This document shows positions 24,404 to 33,124 of a DNA stretch of 64,000 nt, in pieces. Within the stretch, counting starts at the first letter, position 1. Every line of letters starts with the position of its first letter. The DNA comes from Candidatus Falkowbacteria bacterium (lineage in GTDB: Bacteria; Patescibacteriota; Patescibacteriia; Patescibacteriales; UBA12075), in the NCBI GenBank assembly GCA_043801965.1, contig JAZDLN010000032.1:1638-65637 (forward strand), read 5' to 3'. Under the pieces are notes generated by a model that saw nothing but the letters and a program-made list of their open reading frames with translations, was not told where the DNA came from and did no database searches. The position numbers and the translations under genes are program-made.

Positions 24404-26014
24404 TTATGACATTGTTTCGCGCTTGAGTTTTTTGCCCATCATAGTGTAGAGCACCCGCTGCCAGGTAATCTTCTTTGTTCCGTCCTTGCGCTGCTCGATA
24501 TTCGCGACCTCGTTCGTTTCGAGAAAAACCGGTCCGCCCCAAAGGTACTCTATGCCCAGCATGGTATTTAAGATGAATTCCTTTACCAGGGCCTTTCCTT
24601 CGAAGTGGTGTTTAAGACAGAGGCCGTTTACTTCGGACGCTTCGTTCACGGTAATGTGCGGCGGATGATAGAGGACGTTGAAAAGCATTTGCCGGTAATC
24701 CACGGCTTTTCGGCTTTTTACGTACCAGACCCAGACCCGGCGGCCTTCGTCCAAATACCTGTCGGCCACGAAAAGATCGTTTTTCGTCACGAAACCCTGG
24801 TCCACGAAGGTGGACAGGAAACTGAAGTCACAGAGGCTTTCCCGGATCTTAAAGATAAATTCCTGACCCTGTCCGGTCCGTTCATTGAATTTTTCGCGCT
24901 CGATCGCGTCCGAAAGGCTTTTGTATTTGAGGGAATACTTGTTGGTATCGCCCAATTCCTCGATCCATTGGAATAAGCGGAGGCCCAGGGCGTAAGGATT
25001 AAGACCCACGCGCGGCATAGAGGTAACGCCGGCGTTAACGCGGGCAAAATCAACCTCGTGGCCCCGGATGCGGTCATCGGTCAAGAACAATTTTTCGTGC
25101 CAGTAAGATGCCCAGCCTTCGTTCATGATCTTGGTTCGGATCTGCGGCTGGAAAAAAGCCGAAGTTTTCCGCACCACTTCCATTACCGCCTTCATCCAGG
25201 CGTTCTTACCCTGGTTCAAAAACTGCGAATTCTTCATGACGTATTGGATCGGATCGAGTTTTTGCGACTGCGGGCTCTCCTTGCAGTAGCTGCTGTATTT
25301 GGCCGGCATTTCCGGCCAGACCTGGTTGACGGCGTGGAGAAACGCGTTTTCTCCGTCCGTCCGGTTGTACTCCTCGATCCATTTCATGTAGGTCTGCTGG
25401 CGCGAATTATCGTTTTTGAATTCAGCGATGGTTTGCAGGAATATATCGAAGAAATAGTCGATTTTACCGAGTTTTTTCGGGGTTTCGCGGGAATCGGTCC
25501 TGGATAGTTCCCCCCAGTAATCCACCAGATTGTCCATGCCGCGCGTAAACTCGATAACGTAATCGACCCACCGTCCGTGCTCTCTTCTTAAATTAGCGAT
25601 CAGCCGCTTATCGGACAGCGCCTCGCCGCAAAAGTCGTAATCCCAGGTGTTGCGGAAATAATGGTTCTTCCGGAAAAAATCGATATGTCCGAGGACGTGA
25701 TAGAAGATCATGACGTTAAGCCAGTCCGGATTATTATCGTTATAGAACGAAATGGCCGGACGGGTGTTGATCACGGTCTCGTAGGGGTTAGAGGGATAAA
25801 GCTCGTATTTGCCCCTGCCCTGGAGCACTTCGATATCGTGCACCCAGTAATCATAGAGCGTCGGGATCATGATCTTCGGGGATAGCTCTACGAGGTCGCG
25901 GTTGGTAACTATGTATTCCAGGGTTTCGTCATTGACGTCAAGCCCGGCGTCCACGGCCCTCTTCTTGCATTCTTCCATTATACCTTTGGTGTGTTGGTCG
26001 ATTAACTTCGACAT
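24404..26014 (-). CDS. spoVR: SpoVR family protein
   Basis: 536 aa. Size and sequence style of SpoVR/YcgB (HVLGHIDFF, NEGWASYWH). Starts 10 nt after the DUF444 gene. Confidence 0.8.
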   Translation of the reverse strand: MSKLIDQHTKGIMEECKKRAVDAGLDVNDETLEYIVTNRDLVELSPKIMIPTLYDYWVHDIEVLQGRGKYELYPSNPYETVINTRPAISFYNDNNPDWLNVMIFYHVLGHIDFFRKNHYFRNTWDYDFCGEALSDKRLIANLRREHGRWVDYVIEFTRGMDNLVDYWGELSRTDSRETPKKLGKIDYFFDIFLQTIAEFKNDNSRQQTYMKWIEEYNRTDGENAFLHAVNQVWPEMPAKYSSYCKESPQSQKLDPIQYVMKNSQFLNQGKNAWMKAVMEVVRKTSAFFQPQIRTKIMNEGWASYWHEKLFLTDDRIRGHEVDFARVNAGVTSMPRVGLNPYALGLRLFQWIEELGDTNKYSLKYKSLSDAIEREKFNERTGQGQEFIFKIRESLCDFSFLSTFVDQGFVTKNDLFVADRYLDEGRRVWVWYVKSRKAVDYRQMLFNVLYHPPHITVNEASEVNGLCLKHHFEGKALVKEFILNTMLGIEYLWGGPVFLETNEVANIEQRKDGTKKITWQRVLYTMMGKKLKRETMS

Positions 26015-26024
26015 TGTCGACCTC

Positions 26025-27374
26025 CTACTCTGACAGTATTGTTTTAATGCCTTCGATCAAACGCGGTTCTTCGGCGTCTTCGGGCATGGAATCAAGGCGG
26101 ATCAGCTTCGGATATTCTTTGAGCAAGTTGGATTTTTTGACGTATTTTTCAACTTCCGTCGATCCGTCGCCGTTTCTGTTCACCACGGTAATGCCGACCC
26201 GGTTGACGTAGCTCATCATTTTTTTGAGTTCCGGCACCGCTTCCTTGCCCTCAGCATCCCAGTCGTCGCCGTCCGTACCGTGGAAAACATAGATATTGTA
26301 TTCCTGGGCCAGATTCTCTTTTTCGGCGATCTCGTTAACCAGCTTATAGCCCGAGGACACTTGCGTTCCGCCGGCAACCTTCGAGTTGTAGTAGGTAAAA
26401 AAATCCGGAACTTCCTTGGCGGAGGTATCGTGCAGAATGAACCGGCATTCAGCCAGGTGTTCGTACTGGTAAAGCAGAAAGGCGTAGATCATGACATGCT
26501 GGCTCACCACTATCTGGGTGCGTTTTCCCGTCATCGAGCCGGAATAATCGCGGACAAAGAAGATCATGGCCGGAGATTCGAAAACCTTTTCGCGGGAAAG
26601 TATCCGATAGATCATGTCTTTCGGCGACACGATCAGCTGTTCCGTATCGACGTTCTCGGGGTCGATATTATCCAGCGCTATGTTGGTTTCTATGATCTTC
26701 CGCAGCGAAGCCTTCTTATCGAGAAATTGCCCGAAACCCCGGTTGCGGTCGGTCAGGTCGTATTTGATGCGGGTACTCGGTCTTTTTTTCGACTTTTCCT
26801 GCAGATGCGGCAGGGAGAATTTTTCCGTCAGCACCCGGCCGAGCTCATAGGCTGACTGCTCGATGCCGTGGTTGGTTTCCTCTCCCTGGCCCGGACCGGC
26901 GCCGCTGCCCTGTTCGCTTTGGTCTATCGGCTGTTCGCCGATAACCTCTCCTTCTTCGCCCTTGCCTTGCCCGCCGGCCCCTTCTTCCTGCTCCGAGGCT
27001 TCCGGATCGTGGATGAACTTTTCCTCGGTCGTGGTCGGCACGACTATGACTCTCTGACCGCTTCTTCCTGGTTTTACCAGGCGTCCGATCCGTATTTTTT
27101 CGGGAAAGCCGTCCTTTGTCCGCTGTTTGTCGTGACCCAGAAGATCGTCAATGGACTTGATATCAAGAGACCGATTTTGTTCGGCATGCATATTAAGAAG
27201 ACGGCTTTGATCGCTATTCGCCGGACCGTATAACCCGGGGACCGGTTTAGGAGCCGCCGGCGGCAGACTATGGTCGCCGCCTACTTCTATTTCGGAGAGC
27301 ATTCTTTTTCTTTTATCTTCCGAGCTTCTATCGGCAAAGCGCCGATAGACGCGTTTAAGCTGCTTCTTGTCCAT
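26025..27374 (-). CDS. DUF444 family protein (YeaH/YhbH-like, vWA-type fold)
   Basis: 449 aa. FFVRDYSGSMTG MIDAS-like motif and an acidic/Gly-rich insert EEGAGGQGKGEEGE. Confidence 0.8.
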   Translation of the reverse strand: MDKKQLKRVYRRFADRSSEDKRKRMLSEIEVGGDHSLPPAAPKPVPGLYGPANSDQSRLLNMHAEQNRSLDIKSIDDLLGHDKQRTKDGFPEKIRIGRLVKPGRSGQRVIVVPTTTEEKFIHDPEASEQEEGAGGQGKGEEGEVIGEQPIDQSEQGSGAGPGQGEETNHGIEQSAYELGRVLTEKFSLPHLQEKSKKRPSTRIKYDLTDRNRGFGQFLDKKASLRKIIETNIALDNIDPENVDTEQLIVSPKDMIYRILSREKVFESPAMIFFVRDYSGSMTGKRTQIVVSQHVMIYAFLLYQYEHLAECRFILHDTSAKEVPDFFTYYNSKVAGGTQVSSGYKLVNEIAEKENLAQEYNIYVFHGTDGDDWDAEGKEAVPELKKMMSYVNRVGITVVNRNGDGSTEVEKYVKKSNLLKEYPKLIRLDSMPEDAEEPRLIEGIKTILSE

Positions 27375-27439
27375 AAACCCTCCTTAATAGATAAACGGCC
27401 GGGAAACCTAAAAGCGGCATTCCCGGCCTTGTTGACGTC

Positions 27440-29518
27440 CTATTTTTCGTCGTCCTGGGTGCAGAAGTACTCGATCGTCTTCTGCGCGCAGGTCTTGCAG
27501 TATCCAAGCCCCTTTTGTTCAGCGGGCCGCATCATGGTCGTTATCATCCGGTCGTACAATTTCTGGTTCTCCTCGTTGGTACGGTTGGCCAAAGCTCCGA
27601 TAAGGCTGCCGGCGCCGGCGATGTCCGATTTCAGGCGCACGTCCGTGACGGCCTTGACCAATTCAAGATTGTCCATGAAATCGTAGTTCGGATCGACCGA
27701 AATTTTTTGGCCGTAGATCTTGCGGATCGAGGTCCGGAAAGTTTCCCGCTGCTCCTCGGTTTTTAAGCCCAGCCGTTCTTCGACCGACTTTATGAACCGT
27801 TCGTCGATCTTCATGGCCTTAAGCTCGCCGGTTTGCGGATCCTTGTATTTCCACATCTTGTCCGGACCGAGGTTTTCCGCGTCGATGCCGATGATCATAT
27901 TGACGTAGTTCATGACGTCTTTGCGGATGGCCAGAGGTTCGTCCATATAGGCGTTAAACATCTCCGTCATGATCCGTTCCCGGTAAAGCCCCTTGGCCGT
28001 CTTGATGTCATCCAGGAATTTTATCCGGTCGTTGTTGTCGGATACGTAATCCAGGACAACGCGTTCGAGCGCCGTAAATACGTCGTGAGCGAAGAGGCAT
28101 TTTCCCTTGTTGGTCGCCGAGCTTTCGTTTAAGATCTGCATCGCCCGGCCCAGGTTGCGCTGGCCGAAACCTTTCTGGCCGAAATGATCCATCGGGTTGG
28201 CTTTCTGGTTCAAGGTGTCAATCACCTCGGCCAAAGCCTTGACGGATTTTTCGCCGGCAACTTCGCCGGCCGCCAGTTTCATCATCTCGATCGGATCGAG
28301 CTTTTCGGCTTGCGGCAGGCGCATAAGGACCGCGGCCACGGAAGCGGCATAGATAAGATTCGGGTCTTCGTGCAGAGGTTCGCTTTTGAGCGTCTTTCTG
28401 TCCCGGTCGCCGATCGAATAGCGCGTGAGATCGTACTGGAGCTTGTAGTTGGTATTATGGGAAACGTAGCAGACGCGGCAGCGGTCGATGATCGGGGATT
28501 GCGCCTTGTCGGCCAGGAAGTTCGCGAATTCGGAATTGTTCGAAGTGGCGATAATAAGGGTATCGATCGGCCATTTATAGCCGTCGATCTCGATGCAGCG
28601 GTTCTGGATGACGCCCAGGTATACCTGGACAAGGTCAAGCTTGTTCTTGTAGATTTCGTCAGCGAAATGGATTCCGCCGCCGGCTACGCGGGCTAAAGCG
28701 CCGCGCCGCAGGTCGAAGCGGTAAGGGTTGTTCGTGTCGGTAATGTGGAGCAGACGCTGGATCGATTCCTCGCCTAAGAGGTCGACGGCCGACGAAGTGA
28801 TCTTGTCCTTGGCCGGATATTTTCCGGTAACTGTCCCCAGGCTTTCGCTTAAGGGTACCGGAAAAGTACGGATATAACCGAGCATCTTATTGATGTCGCC
28901 TTTGGCGTGCTCGCGGATACTTTCCCAGATATAGCTCGTGCAGGCGCCCAAAGGTCGGTAATTCTCGTAAAGTTTATCGATCTGTTTTTCGTTAAATCCG
29001 CACTGGCACAGGAACTCCCGGTTCTCGGATCTGTTTTCAAAAAGGTTCATGGCCAGGATCATCGGATCCTCGTAAGTCTGCGATTCGATCGTCTTGATCC
29101 GGCCGTATGATCCGAGCTCCCCGACGTTCGTGAATTTAAAGGAATAACGGCGATTGCCCGGCTCTGCCAGGAATTTCCGGTATTTGCCGCACAGGAACTC
29201 AACGAAAAAGGTCTTGCCGTTTCCCGGTTCGCCGATCAGCACGAAGGCCATCTCTTTGGAAGATCCGTTCTCGGCCGCGTCCTTTATGAAAGACACGAGG
29301 CTGTTGACCTCGTCGTAGAGGCCGATGATGTGCTTTTTGTCCTTGCGGAAAATATTATAATCGAAAGTGTCCATGCCGTTTACCTGGACATCTTCAAGTC
29401 CAGCTCCCAAAATCATGCGGGATATCCCCTGGAAAGCGTTTTCGAAAATTCGCTCCCCGGAGATAATGGCGGCAATGTGATCATACAAGGTGTTGCCTTC
29501 AAGCGACTTTGCGGTCAT
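27440..29518 (-). CDS. prkA: PrkA family serine protein kinase / AAA+ ATPase (YeaG-like)
   Basis: 692 aa. Walker A GEPGNGKTFFVE and Walker B GGIHFADE. SD AAAGGAGAAAAATC precedes the ATG. Confidence 0.9.
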   Translation of the reverse strand: MTAKSLEGNTLYDHIAAIISGERIFENAFQGISRMILGAGLEDVQVNGMDTFDYNIFRKDKKHIIGLYDEVNSLVSFIKDAAENGSSKEMAFVLIGEPGNGKTFFVEFLCGKYRKFLAEPGNRRYSFKFTNVGELGSYGRIKTIESQTYEDPMILAMNLFENRSENREFLCQCGFNEKQIDKLYENYRPLGACTSYIWESIREHAKGDINKMLGYIRTFPVPLSESLGTVTGKYPAKDKITSSAVDLLGEESIQRLLHITDTNNPYRFDLRRGALARVAGGGIHFADEIYKNKLDLVQVYLGVIQNRCIEIDGYKWPIDTLIIATSNNSEFANFLADKAQSPIIDRCRVCYVSHNTNYKLQYDLTRYSIGDRDRKTLKSEPLHEDPNLIYAASVAAVLMRLPQAEKLDPIEMMKLAAGEVAGEKSVKALAEVIDTLNQKANPMDHFGQKGFGQRNLGRAMQILNESSATNKGKCLFAHDVFTALERVVLDYVSDNNDRIKFLDDIKTAKGLYRERIMTEMFNAYMDEPLAIRKDVMNYVNMIIGIDAENLGPDKMWKYKDPQTGELKAMKIDERFIKSVEERLGLKTEEQRETFRTSIRKIYGQKISVDPNYDFMDNLELVKAVTDVRLKSDIAGAGSLIGALANRTNEENQKLYDRMITTMMRPAEQKGLGYCKTCAQKTIEYFCTQDDEK

Positions 29519-29698
29519 GATTTTTCTCCTTTTTACGGTTATACCGAAATACTTTTTCGCGAAACCGATTTGTTATTGGCGTATCCTCCTTTAATTGTCA
29601 AAGTTCAATTTAATGGATAAATTTATTATTCATGCCATTTGCCCGTCTTCGTTAAAATGCCGGGTAGCGGACACGGGCGGATGGCGCGAGAGTAAAAA

Positions 29699-29726
29699 AG
29701 CCCAACTGTTCGAGAGTCGGGCTTTT
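29699..29726. terminator. Orphan terminator-like hairpin in the noncoding region upstream of prkA
   Basis: agcccaac-tgttcgaga-gtcgggct flanked by A6 and T4. No CDS lies upstream of it on either strand. Confidence 0.4.
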
Positions 29727-29980
29727 CCTTATTTTATCCTGATATTTGATTGGTTAGCCCAACGAAAAACATTTCCTGATAAATAAACAGGTATAAATGA
29801 CCAAAGATGATTTTTTAATCTGTTGGGTTGGGGTCATTTCAATAAGAATTAGAGTTTCATTAAGTCTTAATATTATATCTCATTGTAACAATTTAAGCTT
29901 TTTTGTCAAGTTAAAAAGCAAGTATACGCTTTTCCCTGAAAAATATATTTTAAAGCCAACATTAAACAGAAACATGCCTA

Positions 29981-30009
29981 TTGACATTTTTGTAAAAATC
30001 TGATAAACT
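29981..30009 (+). promoter_or_regulatory. Promoter TTGACA-17-(TGa)TAAACT
   Basis: Hexamers at 29981-29986 and 30004-30009, with an extended -10 TG. Confidence 0.55.
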
Positions 30010-30053
30010 AAATCAACGTTAACAAATAGTTTTAATAAGCTTTATATACCAAG

Positions 30054-30314
30054 ATGTTGGCATTGACCCTCAGGAAAATTTTATTAGTAAGCGCGGGTAT
30101 CTTAACCGTTGTTTTCGGCATAATTAGCCTGGTATTGCCTATATTACCCGGGTTTGTTTTGATAATCGTCGGCCTGATGCTTTTCGCGAAAGCGGCCGGA
30201 GGACATTGGGAAAAAAGCACGGAACATAAAATCCAGCATATCGTTAAAATGATCAAGGCTAAACTTATCGGTTTAAGGTTGGCGGCCAGAAAGATCACCG
30301 CAATCTTTTTTTAA
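30054..30314 (+). CDS. Small two-TM membrane protein (PGPGW-like)
   Basis: 86 aa. LPILPGFVLIIVGLMLF. It has its own promoter and terminator, so it is preferred over the overlapping minus-strand ORF. Confidence 0.5.
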   Translation: MLALTLRKILLVSAGILTVVFGIISLVLPILPGFVLIIVGLMLFAKAAGGHWEKSTEHKIQHIVKMIKAKLIGLRLAARKITAIFF

Positions 30315-30336
30315 TTCAATGGTTATGATATCATGA

Positions 30337-30364
30337 AACTGCCGGATATTAGGGGGCAGTTTTT
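30337..30364 (+). terminator. Intrinsic terminator
   Basis: aactgcc-ggatattaggg-ggcagtt followed by TTTT. Confidence 0.7.
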
Positions 30365-30376
30365 ATTATTTATATC

Positions 30377-30468
30377 ATTACAAATTCACAAATCAAAGCA
30401 CAAATAACACAAATAATACCGGGGGATCTAAATTTGTGAATTTGTGATAAAATTTGTGAATTTGTAAT
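30377..30468. repeat. 92-bp imperfect palindrome of ACAAAT/CACAAAT words
   Basis: attacaaattcacaaat... pairs with ...atttgtgaatttgtaat. It ends 9 nt before the helicase ATG. Confidence 0.75.
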
Positions 30469-30477
30469 CATGAAGCA

Positions 30478-31767
30478 ATGACAAACAATAGCAATCAGGA
30501 AAAAAACGGTTTTTACGGCTTAGGCATAGCGCCTAAATTTTTTGAAATTCTTGACGAATTGAATTTTACCGTGCCGACGCCGATCCAGGTAAAATCCATA
30601 CCGGTGGCGATCGAGGGGAAGGATCTTGTCGGGATCGCCCAAACCGGCACGGGGAAGACCCTGGCCTTCGGCGTGCCGATTCTCCAGCGCCTGGCGCAGA
30701 ACGGGGGCAGGGGACTCGTTATAATCCCGACGCGCGAACTAGCCCTCCAGGTAAACGAGCACCTGACCATGATCGGCCGGAAGCTCGGACTCAGGACGGC
30801 GGTCTTGATCGGCGGAGAAACTATAAATAAGCAATTCGCCGCTCTGCGCCGAAAGCCGCATATAATAGTGGCCACGCCCGGCAGGCTAATCGACCATCTG
30901 GGACGCAAAACCGTCGATCTTTCCGCCGTAAAAATACTCGTTTTAGACGAAGCCGACATGATGTTCGACATGGGGTTCGCGCCGCAGATCAGGGAAGTTC
31001 TCAGAGCGGTTCCGAAAAAAAGGCAAACTATGCTTTTTTCCGCGACCATGCCGCCGGAAATCATGAATATCGCCGCCCGCGAGATGGCCCTGCCGGTCAG
31101 GATCGAAGTGGCTCCCGCCGGCACCGCGGCCGCCGGTGTCACCCAGGAGATGATAATAGTGAACGTCGAGGATAAGTTCGCCCAGGTGGAAAAAATATTA
31201 ATTAAGCATACGGGACCGGTCCTGGTTTTTACGCGCACCAAGCACGGGGCCAAGAATTTATGCCGCAAACTCCGGCAGATCGGGCATAAATCAGCGGAAA
31301 TCCATTCCAACCGCTCCCTGGCCCAGCGCCGGGAAGCTTTAGACGGTTTTAAGATCGGGAAATTCCGGATTCTGGTCGCGACCGATATCGCCGCCCGCGG
31401 CATTGACGTCTCCGGCATTGAACTCGTCTTAAACTATGACCTCCCCGAACAGGCCGAGGATTACGTCCACCGCATCGGCCGCACGGCCCGCGCCGGCCGG
31501 ACCGGCGTCGCGATCTCTTTGGCCATGCCCGCTCAGCTCGCCGCCATCAAAAAGATCGAAAAAACCATCAATAAGACCATACCCCAGACCCGCTTAGCCG
31601 CCTTTCCCGATACCGGCATCAGCTCAATATTCAACAGGAACCGCCTGAAATTCAGCCATCACCGCCAAACCAGGGAAGCCGGACAGAGCCGGGGGAGTCA
31701 GCCGAAATTCAACCAAAACAGAAGAAGACGGTCATTCAGTACCGCGAGCGCCCGCCCCAAGCGTTAA
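30478..31767 (+). CDS. DEAD-box ATP-dependent RNA helicase (RhlE-like) with basic C-terminal tail
   Basis: 429 aa. AQTGTGKT, DEAD, SAT and HRIGRTARAG motifs. Confidence 0.9.
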   Translation: MTNNSNQEKNGFYGLGIAPKFFEILDELNFTVPTPIQVKSIPVAIEGKDLVGIAQTGTGKTLAFGVPILQRLAQNGGRGLVIIPTRELALQVNEHLTMIGRKLGLRTAVLIGGETINKQFAALRRKPHIIVATPGRLIDHLGRKTVDLSAVKILVLDEADMMFDMGFAPQIREVLRAVPKKRQTMLFSATMPPEIMNIAAREMALPVRIEVAPAGTAAAGVTQEMIIVNVEDKFAQVEKILIKHTGPVLVFTRTKHGAKNLCRKLRQIGHKSAEIHSNRSLAQRREALDGFKIGKFRILVATDIAARGIDVSGIELVLNYDLPEQAEDYVHRIGRTARAGRTGVAISLAMPAQLAAIKKIEKTINKTIPQTRLAAFPDTGISSIFNRNRLKFSHHRQTREAGQSRGSQPKFNQNRRRRSFSTASARPKR

Positions 31768-31793
31768 GTTTTAATATTAGGATAGTATAGAAA

Positions 31794-31815
31794 ATCGGTG
31801 TAAAACCGATTTTTT
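31794..31815 (+). terminator. Intrinsic terminator after the helicase
   Basis: atcggt-gtaaa-accgat followed by TTTTT. Confidence 0.7.
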
Positions 31816-31822
31816 GTTGCTC

Positions 31823-31851
31823 TTGACAAAAACGTGTTGTCGTACTATAAT
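31823..31851 (+). promoter_or_regulatory. Consensus promoter TTGACA-17-TATAAT
   Basis: Hexamers at 31823-31828 and 31846-31851. Confidence 0.7.
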
Positions 31852-31910
31852 GCATTATCAAGGTATTTTTTATTTGGATCATTACAAATTAACCCAGGAG
31901 GAAAAAAAGA

Positions 31911-32273
31911 ATGGAAAATGAATCCACAACAACCTGTGATCGTGAATGGGTGCTAGGGAAAGCGCTCGCCGCGCAAGTCGAACTCGCGAAGGCGAGAGAG
32001 CAACTGCTGCCGAGTTGCATAAAAAAAATAAAATCATGGTCTTTTTGGGAAAGGTTAGCTTGGTTCTGCTTTCCTTGCACGGAAAAAATGGTGAAAAACT
32101 TCGGCTTTTACATGTGGCCGGAATATGCGTTGTGGCTGCGTGAGTCCCGTATGGCCGCATTGATATGTCTGGCCGAAAATGCTTGTGACGGCACGGTGGC
32201 CGTTACCGGAGCGGACATGAATGTCTTGATGTTCAACGCGGATTCGTTCATTAAAAAGAGGGTTTTAGAATAA
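31911..32273 (+). CDS. Hypothetical Cys/Trp-rich protein (gene A of the duplicated cassette)
   Basis: 120 aa with CAGGAGGA SD. No family recognised. Confidence 0.5.
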   Translation: MENESTTTCDREWVLGKALAAQVELAKAREQLLPSCIKKIKSWSFWERLAWFCFPCTEKMVKNFGFYMWPEYALWLRESRMAALICLAENACDGTVAVTGADMNVLMFNADSFIKKRVLE

Positions 32274-32341
32274 TCCATCTTTTGGGTTATGTTTCTTTTG
32301 TGGTTCTTTGTTTGGCGCATACGCAACCGGCCGACAAATAG
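32268..32341 (+). pseudogene. Internally deleted remnant of gene B (copy 1)
   Basis: Reads ..IIHLLGYVSFVVLCLAHTQPADK*. It matches the first TM helix and last codons of the 32574 gene, lacks a start codon and has about 230 bp deleted. Confidence 0.6.
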
Positions 32342-32373
32342 AGTAATATCAGAAACATAAAAACAACCAAAAA

Positions 32374-32394
32374 GCCGACAAAACGTCGGCTTTT
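32374..32394 (+). terminator. Intrinsic terminator (copy 1 of a duplicated terminator)
   Basis: gccgac-aaaac-gtcggc followed by TTTT. Identical to 32898-32914. Confidence 0.75.
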
Positions 32395-32420
32395 ACCAAT
32401 GACCTGAATATTATTTATCT

Positions 32421-32552
32421 GTGCATGATGCCAGAGTTGACAGCATTATTCATCTGGCCGATAAATCTTGTGACGGCACAGTAGTTGTTAGCAGGTCTGA
32501 CATGAGCACCTTGATGTTTAACGCGAACGCGTTCATTAAACAAAATTTTTGA
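32421..32552 (+). pseudogene. 5'-truncated remnant of gene A (copy 2)
   Basis: Frame reads VHDARVDSIIHLADKSCDGTVVVSRSDMSTLMFNANAFIKQNF*. It is paralogous to the C-terminal 39 aa of the 31911 gene. Confidence 0.55.
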
Positions 32553-32573
32553 AACCACAAAAAGGAGGGTTTT

Positions 32574-32876
32574 ATGTTTCATGGAATAATCCATCTTTTG
32601 GGTTATGTTTCTTTTGCGGTTTTCTGTTTAATAATTTTATTTCTGCTTGGCGCATATATTTATGGCGGTAGATATTGTCGTCAATGCGGCAAATTCCTTA
32701 TTCAAGAATGGCGCATTGGAGCCAGAGCGACTTATTGCCAGCGATGCCGCGCGGAAATTGAGTTCTGCGGTAAATATTCATTGATTCCGTTCCGGTTCTG
32801 GGATCCGAGACGTTTTGCCGCGTCTGCCGCTTATTGGGCCAAACGCGCAACCAGCCGCCAAAAACAAGAATTATAA
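32574..32876 (+). CDS. Small membrane-anchored zinc-ribbon protein (gene B of the duplicated cassette)
   Basis: 100 aa with AAGGAGGG SD. One N-terminal TM helix, then CRQCGKF...CQRCRAE. Confidence 0.5.
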   Translation: MFHGIIHLLGYVSFAVFCLIILFLLGAYIYGGRYCRQCGKFLIQEWRIGARATYCQRCRAEIEFCGKYSLIPFRFWDPRRFAASAAYWAKRATSRQKQEL

Positions 32877-32897
32877 AAACATAAAAACAACCAAAAA

Positions 32898-32920
32898 GCC
32901 GACAAAACGTCGGCTTTTTT
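32898..32920 (+). terminator. Intrinsic terminator (copy 2)
   Basis: gccgac-aaaac-gtcggc followed by T6. Confidence 0.8.
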
Positions 32921-32950
32921 ATTAATTAATTCTTGTAGTGATTCGGGTGG

Positions 32951-32979
32951 TGGACAGATTTTTATTATTATGCTATCAT
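32951..32979 (+). promoter_or_regulatory. Promoter TGGACA-17-(TGc)TATCAT for tRNA-Glu
   Basis: Hexamers at 32951-32956 and 32974-32979. The tRNA starts at 32994. Confidence 0.5.
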
Positions 32980-32993
32980 AAGATAAGTAAAAT

Positions 32994-33065
32994 GGCCCGT
33001 TCGTCTAATGGTCAGGACGTAAGGTTCTCATCCTTAAAACAGGGGTTCGATTCCCCTACGGGCTA
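32994..33065 (+). tRNA. tRNA-Glu (anticodon CTC)
   Basis: Acceptor ggcccgt/acgggct, anticodon stem taagg/cctta with loop ttCTCat, T-arm agggg-ttcgatt-cccct. Confidence 0.9.
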
Positions 33066-33070
33066 CAAAA

Positions 33071-33107
33071 ACAATAGACCCTGCGCAAGCGGGGTCTATT
33101 GTTTTTT
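33071..33107 (+). terminator. Intrinsic terminator after tRNA-Glu
   Basis: acaatagaccc-tgcgcaagcg-gggtctattgt followed by T6. Confidence 0.8.
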
Positions 33108-33124
33108 GCAGTTTTATGTTAATT

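Noticed and set aside
30032-30298. 88-aa minus-strand ORF overlapping the 86-aa plus-strand ORF
   Set aside because: The plus-strand ORF has an upstream TTGACA/TAAACT promoter, a downstream terminator and a coherent two-TM topology. The minus ORF has none of these.
30513-31418. 301-aa minus-strand ORF inside the DEAD-box helicase gene
   Set aside because: It is antisense to a gene with all the DEAD-box motifs. It is Arg/Ser/Pro-rich, as expected for a GC-rich shadow frame.
32157-32552. Possibility that the two diverged repeats are a DGR template/variable repeat pair
   Set aside because: The differences between copies involve all base types (G<->A, C<->T, indels) rather than being confined to adenine positions. 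No reverse transcriptase gene is nearby. Ordinary paralogue divergence fits better.
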